In this document: positions 1-12,669 of the stretch, one piece after another
Layout of the letters: the number at the start of each line of letters is the position of its first letter
Position numbering within the stretch: position 1 is the stretch's first letter
Assembly: GCA_002269645.1 (NCBI GenBank)
Contig: NIVC01000540.1
Location: forward strand, 1-64,000
Source of the DNA: Macrostomum lignano
Lineage: Eukaryota
Reading direction: 5' to 3'
DNA length: 64,000 nucleotides
Program-made: the position numbers and the translations under genes
The notes under the pieces: generated by a model
What the model was told of the DNA's origin: nothing
Database searches by the model: none
Seen by the model: the letters and a program-made list of their open reading frames with translations, nothing else

Positions 1-265
1 AGGGAAATCCCAAGAACTATGCCTCATGTACAGGGAAATCCCAAGAACTATGCCTCATGTACAGGGAAATCCCAAGAACTATGCCCCATGTACAGGGAAA
101 TCCAAGAACTATGCCTCCATGTACAGGGAAATCCCAAAAGAACTATGCCTGCCATGTACAGGGAAATCCCAAGAACTATGCCACTATGTACAGGGAAATC
201 CCAAGAACTATGCCTGCATGTACAGGGAAATCCTAGAACTACATGTATGCCTACAGGGAAATCTC
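1..265. repeat. Minisatellite, 31-bp unit
   Basis: TGTACAGGGAAATCCCAAGAACTATGCCTCA repeats. Confidence 0.9.
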
Positions 266-333
266 AGAGGTTATCACTTCGAAGCACTCGCAGGAAATCC
301 CTCAGAGTCACGCCAGATTCAACCGTTTCCCAG

Positions 334-515
334 GTGAAAGTCTGGGTGCACAACACTGGAACAGACCTACAGCTGGAACTGACACAGGGCGCAGCATTCG
401 TGTCGGGCGGGCCGATGTCCTACAACTATTCGCTGTTTGGCGGCTGCTGAAGTTCGGATCGGACGACTGGCGAGGCTCCGACCATCGAATCGATGACAGA
501 GCCTTCGCCGGAGAG
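334..515 (+). CDS. CA10: Carbonic anhydrase-related protein (CA10/CA11-like), first exon visible in window; contains a 1-nt frameshift at ~439-443
   Basis: cag| acceptor at 331-333, gt donor at 516. Reads VKVWVHNTGTDLQLELTQGAAFVSGGPMSYNYSLF, then in the shifted frame LLKFGSDDWRGSDHRIDDRAFAGE. This matches the CA10 segment ...NTG...ISGGPMTY..RL....LHFGSED..GSEH.....F.GE. Confidence 0.85.
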
Positions 516-575
516 GTGCGGTGGCAACCGGTGGCTTTAATCCCTGCTTTGGATGACAGGATTTTTCAACACGGT

Positions 576-2632
576 TCCATTCTATGCCTTCATCCATGAT
601 GTAGGGTAGATTAGCAATCTATTCTATGCCTTCATCCATGATTGGCTAGATTAGCAATCCATTCTATGCCTTCATCCATGATGTAGGCTAGATTAGCAAT
701 CCATTCTATTCCTGCATCCATGATTGGCTAGATTAGCAATCCATTCTATGCCTTCATCCATGATGTAGGCTAGATTAGCAATCCATTCTATGCCTTCATC
801 CATGGTGTAGGCTAGATTAGCAATCCATTCTATTCCTGCATCCGTGATTGGCTAGATAGCAATCCATTCTATGCCTTCAAGTCACGATTGGCTAGATTAG
901 CAATCCATTCTATTCCTGCATCCGTGATTGGCTAGATTAGCAATCCATTCTATTCCTGCATCCGTGATTGGCTAGACTACAATCCATTCTATGCATTCAA
1001 GTCACGATTGGCTAGATTAGCAATCCATTCTATTCCTGCATCCGTGATTGGCTAGATTAGCAATCCCTTCTATTCCTGCATCCGTGATTGGCTAGATTAG
1101 CAATCCATTCTATTTCTGCATCCATGATTGGCTAGATTAGCAATCCATTCTATGCCTTCAGTCACGATTGGCTAGATTAGCAATCCATTCTATCCCTTCA
1201 TCCGTAATTGGCTAGATTAGCAATCCATTCTATGCCTTCAGTCACGATTGGCTAGATTAGCAATCCATTCTATTCCTGCATCCGTGATTGGCTAGATTAG
1301 CAATCCATTCTATTCCTGCATCCGTGATTGGCTAGATTAGCAATCCCTTCTATTCCTGCATCCATGATTGGCTAGATTAGCAATCCATTCTATGCCTTCA
1401 GTCACGATTGGCTAGATTAGCAATCCATTCTATCCTTCATCCGTAATTGGCTAGATTAGCAATCCATTCTATGCCTTCAGTCACGATTGGCTAGATTAGC
1501 AATCCATTCTATTCCTGCATCCGTGATTGGCTAGATTAGCAATCCATTCTATTCCTGCATCCGTGATTGGCTAGACTACCAATCCATTCTATGCATTCAA
1601 GTCACGATTGGCTAGGTTAGCAATCCATTCTATTCCTGCATCCGTGATTGGCTAGATTAGCAATCCCTTCTATTCCTGCATCCGTGATTGGCTAGATTAG
1701 CAATCCATTCTATTCCTGCATCCATGATTGGCTAGATTAGCAATCCATTCTATGCCTTCAGTCACGATTGGCTAGATTAGCAATCCATTCTATCCCTTCA
1801 TCCGTAATTGGCTAGATTAGCAATCCATTCTATGCCTTCAGTCACGATTGGCTAGATTAGCAATCCATTCTATTCCTGCATCCGTGATTGGCTAGATTAG
1901 CAATCCATTCTATTCCTGCATCCGTGATTGGCTAGACTACCAATCCATTCTATGCATTCAAGTCACGATTGGCTAGATTAGCAATCCATTCTATTCCTGC
2001 ATCCGTGATTGGCTAGATTAGCAATCCCTTCTATTCCTGCATCCGTGATTGGCTAGATTAGCAATCCATTCTATTCCTGCATCCGTGATTGGCTAGATTA
2101 GCAATCCATTCTATGCCTTCAGTCACGATTGGCTAGATTAGCAATCCATTCTATTCCTGCATCCGTGATTGGCTAGATTAGCAATCCCTTCTATTCCTGC
2201 ATCCGTGATTGGCTAGATTAGCAATCCATTCTATTCCTGCATCCATGATTGGCTAGATTAGCAATCCATTCTATGCCTTCAGTCACGATTGGCTAGATTA
2301 GCAATCCATTCTATCCCTTCATCCGTAATTGGCTAGATTAGCAATCCATTCTATGCCTTCAGTCACGATTGGCTAGATTAGCAATCCATTCTATTCCTGC
2401 ATCCGTGATTGGCTAGATTAGCAATCCATTCTATTCCTGCATCCGTGATTGGCTAGACTACCAATCCATTCTATGCATTCAAGTCACGATTGGCTAGATT
2501 AGCAATCCATTCTATTCCTGCATCCGTGATTGGCTAGATTAGCAATCCATTCTATCCCTTCATCCGTAATTGGCTAGATTAGCAATCCATTCTATTCCTG
2601 CATCCGTGATTGGCTAGATTAGCAATCCATTC
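576..2632. repeat. Minisatellite, ~40-bp unit, filling a CA10-like intron
   Basis: GCTAGATTAGCAATCCATTCTATTCCTGCATCCGTGATTG with recurring variant order. Confidence 0.95.
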
Positions 2633-2681
2633 CATTATTTCAGCAGTATACTACCCAGCTCGACCCCCTCTCCGCCCCCAG

Positions 2682-2777
2682 CTGCAGCTCTATGCCTACA
2701 ATTCAGATCTGTACGAGAATTATTCCTCAGCCCTGGTCTCGCCGCACGGCATCGCGGCAGTTTCAGCTTTTTTCAAG
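2682..2777 (+). CDS. CA10: CA10/11-like exon
   Basis: ag|CTG...AAG|gt, 96 nt, LQLYAYNSDLYENYSSALVSPHGIAAVSAFFK; aligns to CA10 VQLIHYNHELYTN...SPNGLVVVSIFIK, with Q at the His119-equivalent position. Confidence 0.9.
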
Positions 2778-2862
2778 GTTGGGTTCTGCACTGCTTATTG
2801 TGCTGACAAGTCGATGGTGAATATTTACGAGTGTCAGTGATTATTGAATGAAACATTTCCAG

Positions 2863-2929
2863 ATTGAGGCCTATTCAAACAAAGACGTTGCAGCTCTCAT
2901 TGAGGCAACTCAAAAAACCGTCCTTAAAG
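2863..2929 (+). CDS. CA10: CA10/11-like exon
   Basis: ag|ATT...AAAG|gtaag, 67 nt, IEAYSNKDVAALIEATQKTVLK(G); phase is compatible with both neighbouring exons. Confidence 0.8.
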
Positions 2930-2999
2930 GTAAGCGCCACCCACTCTTTACACCGACTTACTCATACTCAAAAATTGAATCATAGATCCCCAAACACGA

Positions 3000-3155
3000 T
3001 CACTCACAGACCCCCTCCAAAACTCGATCCCACTCACAGACCCCCTCCAAAACTCGATCCCACTCACAGATCCCCAAAACTCGATCCGACCTTCAGATCC
3101 CCAAACCTCGATCCCACTCACAGATCCCCAAAACTCAATACCACTCACAGATCCC
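3000..3155. repeat. Short intronic minisatellite, ~24-30-bp unit
   Basis: CACTCACAGA(C/T)CCC..AAACTCGATCC. Confidence 0.8.
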
Positions 3156-3220
3156 ATAAACCCATCCAACTTACTGAGTCACTGACTGCTAAAAACGAAA
3201 AAAATCCTCAATCGACAAAG

Positions 3221-3375
3221 GACAGCGCTACGCCATCTCGGGACTGAAAGTGAAGAATCTGCTGCCAGAATCCGCAGACTACATCACGTACCAAGGGTCG
3301 CTACCATTTCCGGGCTGTCAAGAATCTGTGACTTGGATTATTCTAAACAGACCAATAGCGGTGACCTCCAAACAG
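3221..3375 (+). CDS. CA10: CA10/11-like exon
   Basis: ag|GA...CAG|gt, QRYAISGLKVKNLLPESADYITYQGSLPFPGCQESVTWIILNRPIAVTSKQ; classic alpha-CA Y.GSL..PPC.E.V.W motif. Confidence 0.92.
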
Positions 3376-3465
3376 GTGTGGGAAGCATTTAAAGCAAATT
3401 AAAGTTAATATTTTCTTTTTTTTCATTAACATAAAAACAAGCTAAATACTCGTATTTCACTCCAG

Positions 3466-3603
3466 TTAAAGATTCTTCGGCAATTGAGAATATCAAGTGT
3501 GGCCATGTCGGCTTTGATGTCGGACAATTGGAGGCCGACTCAGCCGGTGAACAGGCGGAGCGTCCGGACCAACATCCGGCTGAGGAGCCGCTTGGGGACT
3601 GAG
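3466..3603 (+). CDS. CA10: CA10/11-like exon (C-terminal CA motif); further 3' exons uncertain
   Basis: ccag|TTA..., LKILRQLRISSVAMSALMSDNWRPTQPVNRRSVRTNIRLRSRLGTE|gt; matches CA10 [20 protein letters not shown]. Confidence 0.88.
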
Positions 3604-3635
3604 GTGATGCCGGTGCTCTCATGGTTCTCATGGTA

Positions 3636-4465
3636 GGACAGGTGTTCTCATAGTGTAACAAGTGTTCTCATAGTGTAACAGGTGTTTTCATAGTGTAACA
3701 AGTGTTCTCATAGTGTAACAGGTGTTTTCATAGGTTAGCAGGTGTTCTCATAGTGTAAAAGGTGTTCTCATAGTTTAGCAGGTGTTCTCAAAGTGTAACA
3801 GGTGTTCTCATAGTTTAGCAGGTGTTCTCATAGTGTAACAGGTGTTTTCATAGGTTAGCAGGTGTTCTCATAGTGTAACAGGTGTTCTCATAGTGTAACA
3901 GGTGTTCTCATAGTGTAACAGGTGTTCTCATAGTGTAACAGGTGTTCTCATAGTGTAACAGGTGTTCTCATAGTTTAGCAGGTGTTCTCATAGTGTAACA
4001 GGTGTTTTTATAGGTTAGCAGGTGTTCTCATAGTGTAACAGGTGTTTTCATAGGTTAGCAGGTGTTCTCATAGTGTAAAAGGTGTTCTCATAGTTTAGCA
4101 GGTGTTCTCAAAGTGTAACAGGTGTTCTCATAGTTTAGCAGGTGTTCTCATAGTGTAACAGGTGTTTTCATAGGTTAGCAGGTGTTCTCATAGTGTAACA
4201 GGTGTTCTCATAGTGTAACAGGTGTTCTCATAGTGTAACAGGTGTTCTCATAGTGTAACAGGTGTTCTCATAGTGTAACAGGTGTTCTCATAGTTTAGCA
4301 GGTGTTCTCATAGTGGAACAGGTGTTTTCATGGTGTAACAGGTGTTCTCATAGTGTAACAGGTTTTCTCATAATGTAACAGGTGTTCTCATGGTGTAACA
4401 GATGTTCTCATAGTGTAACAAGTGTTCTCATAGTGTAACAGATGTTCTCATAGCAGGAAAGGTGT
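3636..4465. repeat. Minisatellite, 20-bp unit
   Basis: CAGGTGTTCTCATAGTGTAA. Confidence 0.95.
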
Positions 4466-4885
4466 AATAAAATACCAAAATATTCTCCCATGGATGTCCT
4501 GTAATAATATTAATTAAAATATCAGTTAATAAAATTGTTAATAATAGACGGAATTTCAATTTTCAGACTGACCAATGCGGACTTGCAATCCAGCATTACG
4601 TGCTAAGTAAGTTGCTAATTCAATATCGTAACAACTTACGCCGTGAACAGGTGAGGATACGCTGTCCTGCGCCTAACTTATTTAACCCATGCGTTCCATT
4701 TCAGTCCAATGGCCTGACAAAAAATAGGCAGTTCGCTTCCATTGGAAACCTACTAATGTTTGACTTCAAAGCAAAAATGCCTACAAAACTTTCTTGCGTA
4801 TTTAATTTTGTCTAATTTATCACCGAGATTGGCTTTAGCACCGATCTGTGGCAGGTAATTCTGAGACCTGATTCTGAACCCAGCA

Positions 4886-5192
4886 TCTCTGATGAAGGGA
4901 CTCCTGACATCTCTGATGAAGGGACTACTGACACCTCTGATGAAGGGACTACTGACATCTCTGATGAAGGGACTCCTGACACCTCTGATGAAGGGACTCC
5001 TGACACCTCTGATGAAGGGACTCCTGACACCTCTGATGAAGGGACTCCTGACATCTCTGATAAAGGGACTACTGACATCTCTGATAAAGGGACTACTGAC
5101 ATCTCTGATGAAGGGACTCCTGACATCTCTGATGAAGGGACTCCTGACACCTCTGATGAAGGGACTCCTGACACCTCTGATGAAGGGACTGT
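4886..5192. repeat. Minisatellite, 24-bp unit
   Basis: CTCTGATGAAGGGACTCCTGACAC. Confidence 0.95.
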
Positions 5193-6010
5193 TGATATCT
5201 TTTAATCTGAATAAAATTATCAGGCTCTCATATGAAAAGTAATGCAAAGACTTATGATAACCGCGTGTAAGTGCGAATGTATCAGCAATTATAAATACAC
5301 AAGCAACATTTTCCATGTATATCTATAGAAATTAGAATTGAGTTGGTTAGACTCATTTTTTAGTTTTAATAATAAACGTTTAACGTGTGCGGAGTTCGTC
5401 ATTTAGTTGGGCACATTTGGGATTAGCAAGAGAGTGAACACATTCTGGTGCAAAACAACAATGCTGCGAGAGGGTGACATTGCCTGGGATTAGGCAGTTT
5501 ATACATGACGATCAAGGTGAAAATTGCATCACAAAACTCGTAAGACAATTCAAATTCGCGCCAAAATAAAGTATGGTCAATTATAGCGCATAATATCATA
5601 ATACTATCATGTCCGCCCCCGTTACTCGTAAAATAAGCTGCTTTAAATACGACAGAGTGAAAACCATTTATCTTAATTATAAAGCGTAAAATCTCGTGTT
5701 AAAATTTTCCGGGTTTTAGTGGGAATTTAAATTTCAAATCATCCATTGATCTGAGCATTGCGACAAGGACTTGCATATTTTGATCAGATAAAATGATAAA
5801 TTAAATAGTGCTTGCAACAGGAATATGAACCAAATTGACTACTGTCAGAATAGATGTTAAAGTAGCGAGTGCTGAATGGTAGATTATTTATTATATAAGG
5901 AGAACGAGTTTTCACCGCCCTACTTTAGCTGTACCATTCCGCTTGAAGCCCTTCATAACCTGCCAGCTACTATAAATGAACATAAATCGTATAGTAATAT
6001 TTGGGGTTGG

Positions 6011-6250
6011 GGGGCGTAGCCTAGTGGTTAGAGTGTCGGACTCACGACCGAAAGGTCAGGGGTTCGATTTTTTACCCTCACTCGGCCCAATTTGTGTCTT
6101 TGAGAATTCAGGGTGTGTGGCGACCCCCCAGTCCTTGGACTGAACAGCCGTACGCAGCCTTCAGATGCCCCGCGCAATAGCTGCGGCTGAGCTGTCGGTT
6201 GCACATCTGCTTATTAGGGCAGGTATAATCTATTATTATATTAATAATAA
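6011..6250 (+). mobile_element. tRNA-derived SINE, copy 1 (central CORE segment deleted)
   Basis: A box TAGCCTAGTGG, B box GGTTCGATT, 3' tail shared with the other copies, (ATT)n end. Confidence 0.85.
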
Positions 6251-6892
6251 ATAAACAATTATGAAAGACAAATATAACATACCAAATTAACAAAGGAGAA
6301 GCAGACAGTACAGTGACTTAATGATAGACACGAAACACAGAAGTATTCTCTGCATTGCTATATGAAGAGGTGCATTGTGATGAGACAACAGACTAAACTA
6401 ACAGGGGCTGGTTCAATATTGCCGATCTGCTTACTATAAGTAGCTAGATATATTGCAAACAAAACCAAATTGAAATGTGGGGTGTGATTATAAACCCGTC
6501 AGTTCAATTGAGGACAATGGGCTGGTTGATTCATGTGTTCATATGCTTAATACAGATGCTTATCACAAATAGTCGTTGGGTGGACTTCTAGCTTAGGACA
6601 GTGGGCTTCTGACTGTTTAAAAGTCTGTGCAGAATTCGCTGAGACAATCAGATATGGGGAACCTTTGCGGTTCTCGGCGTGCACTTCATATCGGGTGCAG
6701 ATCCCGCTGGGAGGCTGGGCGCCTCATCTTGGCTGGAGGAGCTGAAAAGAAGCGCAAAGTTTTAAAATACCTGAGCAAGATGTTTGATTATAAGTCACTG
6801 CCGACACCAAACCCGACCTACTGACACAATACCCACCCTTTCTGACACAAAACACTTCTGACAAAGTGCCCGCCACACTATTAAAATATCGC

Positions 6893-8100
6893 GATACTGA
6901 CAACTGCTGCGCAGCTGACCCAACAATTAGCTGATACTACAGATAAACAGCTGACCCAACAATTAGCTGATACTACAGATAAGCAGCTGACCCAACAATT
7001 AGCTGATACTACAGATAAACAGCTGACCCAACAATTAGCTGATACTACAGATAAGCAGCTGACCCAACAATTAGCTGATACTACAGATAAGCAGCTGACC
7101 CAACAATTAGCTGATACTACAGATAAACAGCTGACCCAACAATTAGCTGATACTACAGATAAACAGCTGACCCAACAATTAGCTGATACTACAGATAAAC
7201 AGCTGACCCAACAATTAGCTGATACTACAGATAAACAGCTGACCCAACAATTAGCTGATACTACAGATAAACAGCTGACCCAACAATTAGCTGATACTAC
7301 AGATAAACAGCTGACCCAACAATTAGCTGATACTACAGATAAACAGCTGACCCAACAATTAGCTGATACTACAGATAAACAGCTGACCCAACAATTAGCT
7401 GATACTACAGATAAGCAGCTGACCCAACAATTAGCTGATACTACAGATAAACAGCTGACCCAACAATTAGCTGATACTACAGATAAACAGCTGACCCAAC
7501 AATTAGCTGATAATACAGATAAGCAGCTGACCCAACAATTAGCTGATACTACAGATAAACAGCTGACCCAACAATTAGCTGATACTACAGATAAACAGCT
7601 GACCCAACAATTAGCTGATACTACAGATAAGCAGCTGACCCAACAATTAGCTGATACTACAGCTACCCAGCTGACACAACAGCTACCCAGCTGACACAAC
7701 AGCTACCCAGCTGACACAACAGCTACCCAGCTGACACAACAGCCGCCTAGCTGACACAACAGCTACCCAGCTGACACAACAGCTGCCCAGCTGACACAAC
7801 AGCTACCAGCTGACACAACAGCTACCCAGCTGACACAACAGCTACCCAGCTGACACAACAGCTACCCAGCTGACACAACAGCCGCCTAGCTGACACAACA
7901 GCTACCCAGCTGACAGAACAGCTGCCTAGCTGACAACAACCATCCAGCTGACACAACAGCCACCGAACTAATACAATAAGCACCCAGCTGACACAACAGC
8001 CGCCTAGCTGAAAAAAATCATCCAGCTGACACAACAGATATTTAACAAATACAATAAGCACCCAGCTGACACAACATCCACTAAGCTGACACAACAGCCA
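6893..8100. repeat. Compound minisatellite: 36-bp unit (to ~7665) grading into a related 20-bp unit
   Basis: CAGCTGACCCAACAATTAGCTGATACTACAGATAAA, then AGCTACCCAGCTGACACAAC. Confidence 0.95.
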
Positions 8101-8148
8101 CTCACTTTCGCACTTAAAGGTTCCAGCAGCCGGCAGGTGGCCTAAAAT

Positions 8149-8294
8149 TCACCGAGCAGTTCCGGCAGCGGCAGCAGCGACGATCAGAGGCCGGCAACAG
8201 TTCTGTGGACTGTCGTAGCCCGAGTCGGGGCTGTCCTCGGCGACCTGCAGCCGAGAACCGATGAGCTGGCCCTTCACAGCGGCGGATGAGTCCT
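8149..8294 (-). CDS. MXD: MXD-like exon 5 (terminal coding exon)
   Basis: tcgcag|AG phase 1; EDSSAAVKGQLIGSRLQVAEDSPDSGYDSPQNCCRPLIVAAAAAGTAR*. DSPDSGYDS resembles the SDEGYSS C-terminal motif of Mad/Mxi1. Spliced CDS is 828 nt (275 aa + stop). Confidence 0.72.
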
Positions 8295-8379
8295 CTGCGA
8301 TTGGCGAGTGGGAATGCAACAGCACTAATTAATTTCCCAACTTACCATAATGGATTTACCATAGACAGTCTCGGCGGGC

Positions 8380-9180
8380 GTGACTGTGCATCAATCAATA
8401 AAGGTTTTGGTCATAGACATTCCCAGCTAGGTCCTCAGCTAGGCGTGACTGTGCACTGAATCAATAAAGGTCTTTTGGCCATAGACATCCGCAGCTAAGC
8501 GTGACTGTGCACTGAATAAATAAAGGTCTTTCGGCCATAGACATCCGCAGCTAAGCGTGACTGTGCACTGAATCAATAAAGGTCTTTTGGCCATAGACAT
8601 CCGCAGCTAAGCGTGACTGTGCACTGAATCAATAAAGGTCTTTTGGCCATAGACATCCGCTGCTAAGCGTGACTGTGCACTGAATCAATAAAGGTATTTT
8701 GGCCATAGACATCCGCAGCTAGGCGTCACTGTGCACTGAATTAATAAAGGTATTTTGGCCATAGACATCCGCAGCTAGGCGTCACTGTGCACTGAATTAA
8801 TAAAGGTATTTTGGCCATAGACATCCGCAGCTAAGCGTGACTGTGCACTGAATCAATAAAGGTCTTTTGGCCATAGACATCCGCAGCTAAGCGTGACTGT
8901 GCACTGAATCAATAAAGGTATTTTAGCCATAGACATCCGCAGCTAAGCGTGACTGTGCACTGAATCAATAAAGGTATTTTGGCCATAGACATCCGCAGCT
9001 AAGCGTGACTGTGCACTGAATCAATAAAGGTATTTTAGCCATAGACATCCGCAGCTAAGCGTGACTGTGCACTGAATCAATAAAGGTATTTTAGCCATAG
9101 ACATCCGCAGCTAAGCGTGACTGTGCACTGAATCAATAAAGGTCTTTCGGCCATAGCCCATAGACATCCTCAGCTGGGCG
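8380..9180. repeat. Minisatellite, 56-bp unit (MXD intron 4)
   Basis: GGTCTTTTGGCCATAGACATCCGCAGCTAAGCGTGACTGTGCACTGAATCAATAAA. Confidence 0.95.
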
Positions 9181-9477
9181 TTTCAGCCAGATAGAATAGA
9201 GCAGACAAGAAAGGTCAGACATGGTCAGACCCAGCATAGTCATATATAGAATCGCGCGGACACCTCGTGGGCATTCTAGAAAATTCTAGCAATTCTGCCG
9301 CCTATGTACATTTAAACAGATGCTGGTCATCAACTCTTCCCCCTCCCGATCCCAGGATTTCACTGGCAGAATTCGGGTATCGACTTTTGACTATAGAGGG
9401 GAGCAGATTTTGTTTGCGCTGTTTTGCATGAGGAGAATGTCTAATACTCGTACTTCGTACAAGTACATGTAGTATAG

Positions 9478-9756
9478 GGGTTGAAGCATAGTGGTTACAG
9501 CGTCGGACTTAGGACTAAAAGGTCGGCACTCGGAACAATTTGTGTCCTTGAGCAAGACACTTAACTCTGCATTGCTTTCAGTTCACCCAGCTGTAAAATG
9601 GGTGCCAGCATTAGCTGGGGTAATTGAGGCTGTGTGGGGACCCCCCAGTCCTTGGACTGAACAGCCGTACGCAGCCTTCAGATGGCCGCGCAATAGCTGC
9701 GGCTGAGCTGTCCGTTGCACATCTGCCCATTAGGGCAGGTGTAATAAAAAATTCAA
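9478..9756 (+). mobile_element. tRNA-derived CORE-type SINE, copy 2 (B box deleted)
   Basis: CORE-like GTGTCCTTGAGCAAGACACTTAAC...CCCAGCTGTAAAATGGG; flanked by TAGTATAG (9470-77 / 9757-64), a candidate TSD. Confidence 0.85.
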
Positions 9757-10423
9757 TAGTATAGTAGTATGAATGCGAATCGAGTGTGAAATAGGTTTTT
9801 TTTGTTGCTTAAAAGAAATTGTAAGTAACACAATTTCTAATTGAGGATATTGAGGAAACTAAGGGTGTGTCCTAATCTACAATTCGGTCTAGTCTGTACT
9901 AAACTTCCAACTGTACTCTGTGCACCGGTAAACAAGCATTAAAGTACAAGTGAACTTAGACTAAGCCAATTGACAACAAAAGCACCAACGTAGAGGTACT
10001 GGGGCTCAAGTTCACGAAAGAGGCAATCCTTTTCCACACACGCGGCAACTCAATGACATCATCGATTTATTGGCCCAGTTCCAATCCAACTTGGAGAGAC
10101 AGACGGGGAGAGACAGGGGTCTAGCGCGGAGATGAAATCAATGAGCTGCAGCCATTACTGTGTGACCAGGTTTTGCATAAAACTTAGCCGACCACATGCA
10201 ATTGATTCAGACTGCTATGTGGGCCAATGAGGTAAAGCTTTGTGTCCATAAACCTGCCTCTGCACTGAGAGCTTTCTGAATTCACTTTAGATAGGCTCTC
10301 CCGTGCCGCACAGCTAAATTAATAAATGATTTTTAGACAATTTCAATGTTCATTTTGGCTCGAGTCCCGGCCTTGACCTTACAGACACGGACTTTAAGTC
10401 TCCATCAAATCTATTTGATGCTA

Positions 10424-11500
10424 GCAAATCTCATCTACTAGACCACACAGACCCTCAAATCTCATCTAGACCACACAGACCCTCAAATCTCATCTAGACC
10501 ACACAGACCCTCAAATCTCATCTAGACCACACAGACCCTCAAATCTCATCTAGACCACACAGACATCCTCAAATCTCATCTAGACCACACAGACATCCTC
10601 AAATCCCATCTAGACCACACAGACATCCTCAAATCTCATCTAGACCACACAGACATCCTCAAATCTCATCTAGACCACACAGACATCCTCAAATCCCATC
10701 TAGACCACACAGACATCCTCAAATCCCATCTAGACCACACAGACATCCTCAAATCTCATCTAGACCACACAGACATCCTCAAATCTCATCTAGACCACAC
10801 AGACATCCTCAAATCCCATCTAGACCACACAGACATCCTCAAATCTCATCTAGACCACACAGACATCCTCAAATCCCATCTAGACCACACAGACATCCTC
10901 AAATCCCATCTAGACCACACAGACATCCTCAAATCTCATCTAGACCACACAGACATCCTCAAATCTCATCTAGACCACACAGACATCCTCAAATCTCATC
11001 TAGACCACACAGACATCCTCAAATCTCATCTAGACCACACAGACATCCTCAAATCCCATCTAGACCACACAGACATCCTCAAATCTCATCTAGACCACAC
11101 AGACATCCTCAAATCTCATCTAGACCACACAGACATCCTCAAATCCCATCTAGACCACACAGACATCCTCAAATCTCATCTAGACCACACAGACATCCTC
11201 AAATCCCATCTAGACCACACAGACATCCTCAAATCTCATCTAGACCACACAGACATCCTCAAATCCCATCTAGACCACACAGACATCCTCAAATCTCATC
11301 TAGACCACACAGACATCCTCAAATCCCATCTAGACCACACAGACATCCTCAAATCCCATCTAGACCACACAGACATCCTCAAATCTCATCTAGACCACAC
11401 AGACATCCTCAAATCTCATCTAGACCACACAGACATCCTCAAATCCCATCTAGACCACACAGACATCCTCAAATCTCATCTAGACCACACAGACATCTTT
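10424..11500. repeat. Minisatellite, 30-bp unit (28-bp units at left edge)
   Basis: AGACATCCTCAAATCTCATCTAGACCACAC. Confidence 0.95.
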
Positions 11501-12669
11501 AAGTTACTCCTACATGCAGAAAATAGACTTCAACTCATCTCTACAAACTGCTAACAGACTTAAGTTACCTTCAAATCACCTTCAGATCCCATAGAGCAGA
11601 CTCACTTAGGGTTGGGTTTTGGTGAGTTTCACTAGGCCATACAAACAGCTTTCAACCATTTCATGTAGCCCCCTAAAGGCTGCACCAATTCCTATCTACG
11701 ACTAGATAGAACACTGCAAACAGCCTAAAGCCACATCTTGAATTCACGCAAATTGCTATTGCCTTCCCGATCCCGTCAGGCTGTACCCTTGTTTGCATCC
11801 TCCCCATCATCCGCTTAAAACCGCTAGCCCGGCCCGAGACGAGGTACCCGCGATCTACAATTAATACAGAACTTACTGCTAAACGGCAAATAGAAGATTA
11901 ATTCTTATTCACGGGGTGTAACTAGGCGCAAAGTTCTTCCCTCCCTCTCTCTCATCCCCGAATCGTGTTTTCCTTAACCGCGATAGCAGGCAACAGTCTG
12001 CTGCTTGCGGAAGCAGCAGCTGCATTACTTGTTGGCTAAGGAGACTTGTTAAATACGCTCAGTATCTTAAGCGAGACAGTTTCCTAGATAACTTGTCCAG
12101 CGGAGCCACCCGGGCACACTGGGCCGTCACCCACTCGCCTGAATTCAGCTGCCGGCACAGGGTTTGCACTTTGCCCAGTTAAGGCAGGAATAGAGAATTA
12201 GCGAGACAGGGCCGAGGGCCTGAGAGTGTAGGGCAATGCATTATATATACACGCAGCCAGTATACCAACATGTATTGAAGGGGAAGAGCCCAGCGACGGA
12301 CAAGAAGTTGATTAGGCCTAATCCCATTACCTCTTAAGGATTTTCTCCTTCATTGGCGCGCAGGTCCTGACACTGCAGCTGAGTCTGCTCTCTCCCCAGC
12401 GGACCGACCACTCCCAACCCCAATCTCGCCCCGCAGTCCGGCCCAAACCGCTTCCCCAATCATCTTGGGGGGGGGGGCGGTGGGAGAAGGGGAAATTCCC
12501 GAGAATTGCGTGGCGGGACAAAGTCGCGCCTATAGGCTTGGAAACTCATCTTCATCTTCAAACTCCCTATTAAGTAAAATGTATCGAATCGGAACGACTC
12601 AGTCCAGAAGGGGACACAGCTGGTCAATGAATCACCTGCCTACACAGAGAGCAAGATGAAGATGATCAC

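Noticed and set aside
4567-4815. Further 3' exons of the CA10-like gene
   Set aside because: Acceptor- and donor-like sites exist (tttcag| at ~4566, |gtgagg at ~4650), but the peptide shows no homology I can recognise.
4886-5192. Tandem CTGATGA motifs as a multimeric hammerhead/retrozyme
   Set aside because: The unit has CTGATGA but no GAAA and no NUH/stem III; it is an ordinary 24-bp minisatellite.
6011-6080. tRNA-Val/Met gene (also at 15221 and 22206)
   Set aside because: No acceptor-stem closure; the head runs into shared SINE body and tail with TSDs, so it is a SINE head.
8380-9180. CRISPR-like array (also other regular arrays)
   Set aside because: Units are head-to-tail without unique spacers, there are no cas genes, and the context is eukaryotic.
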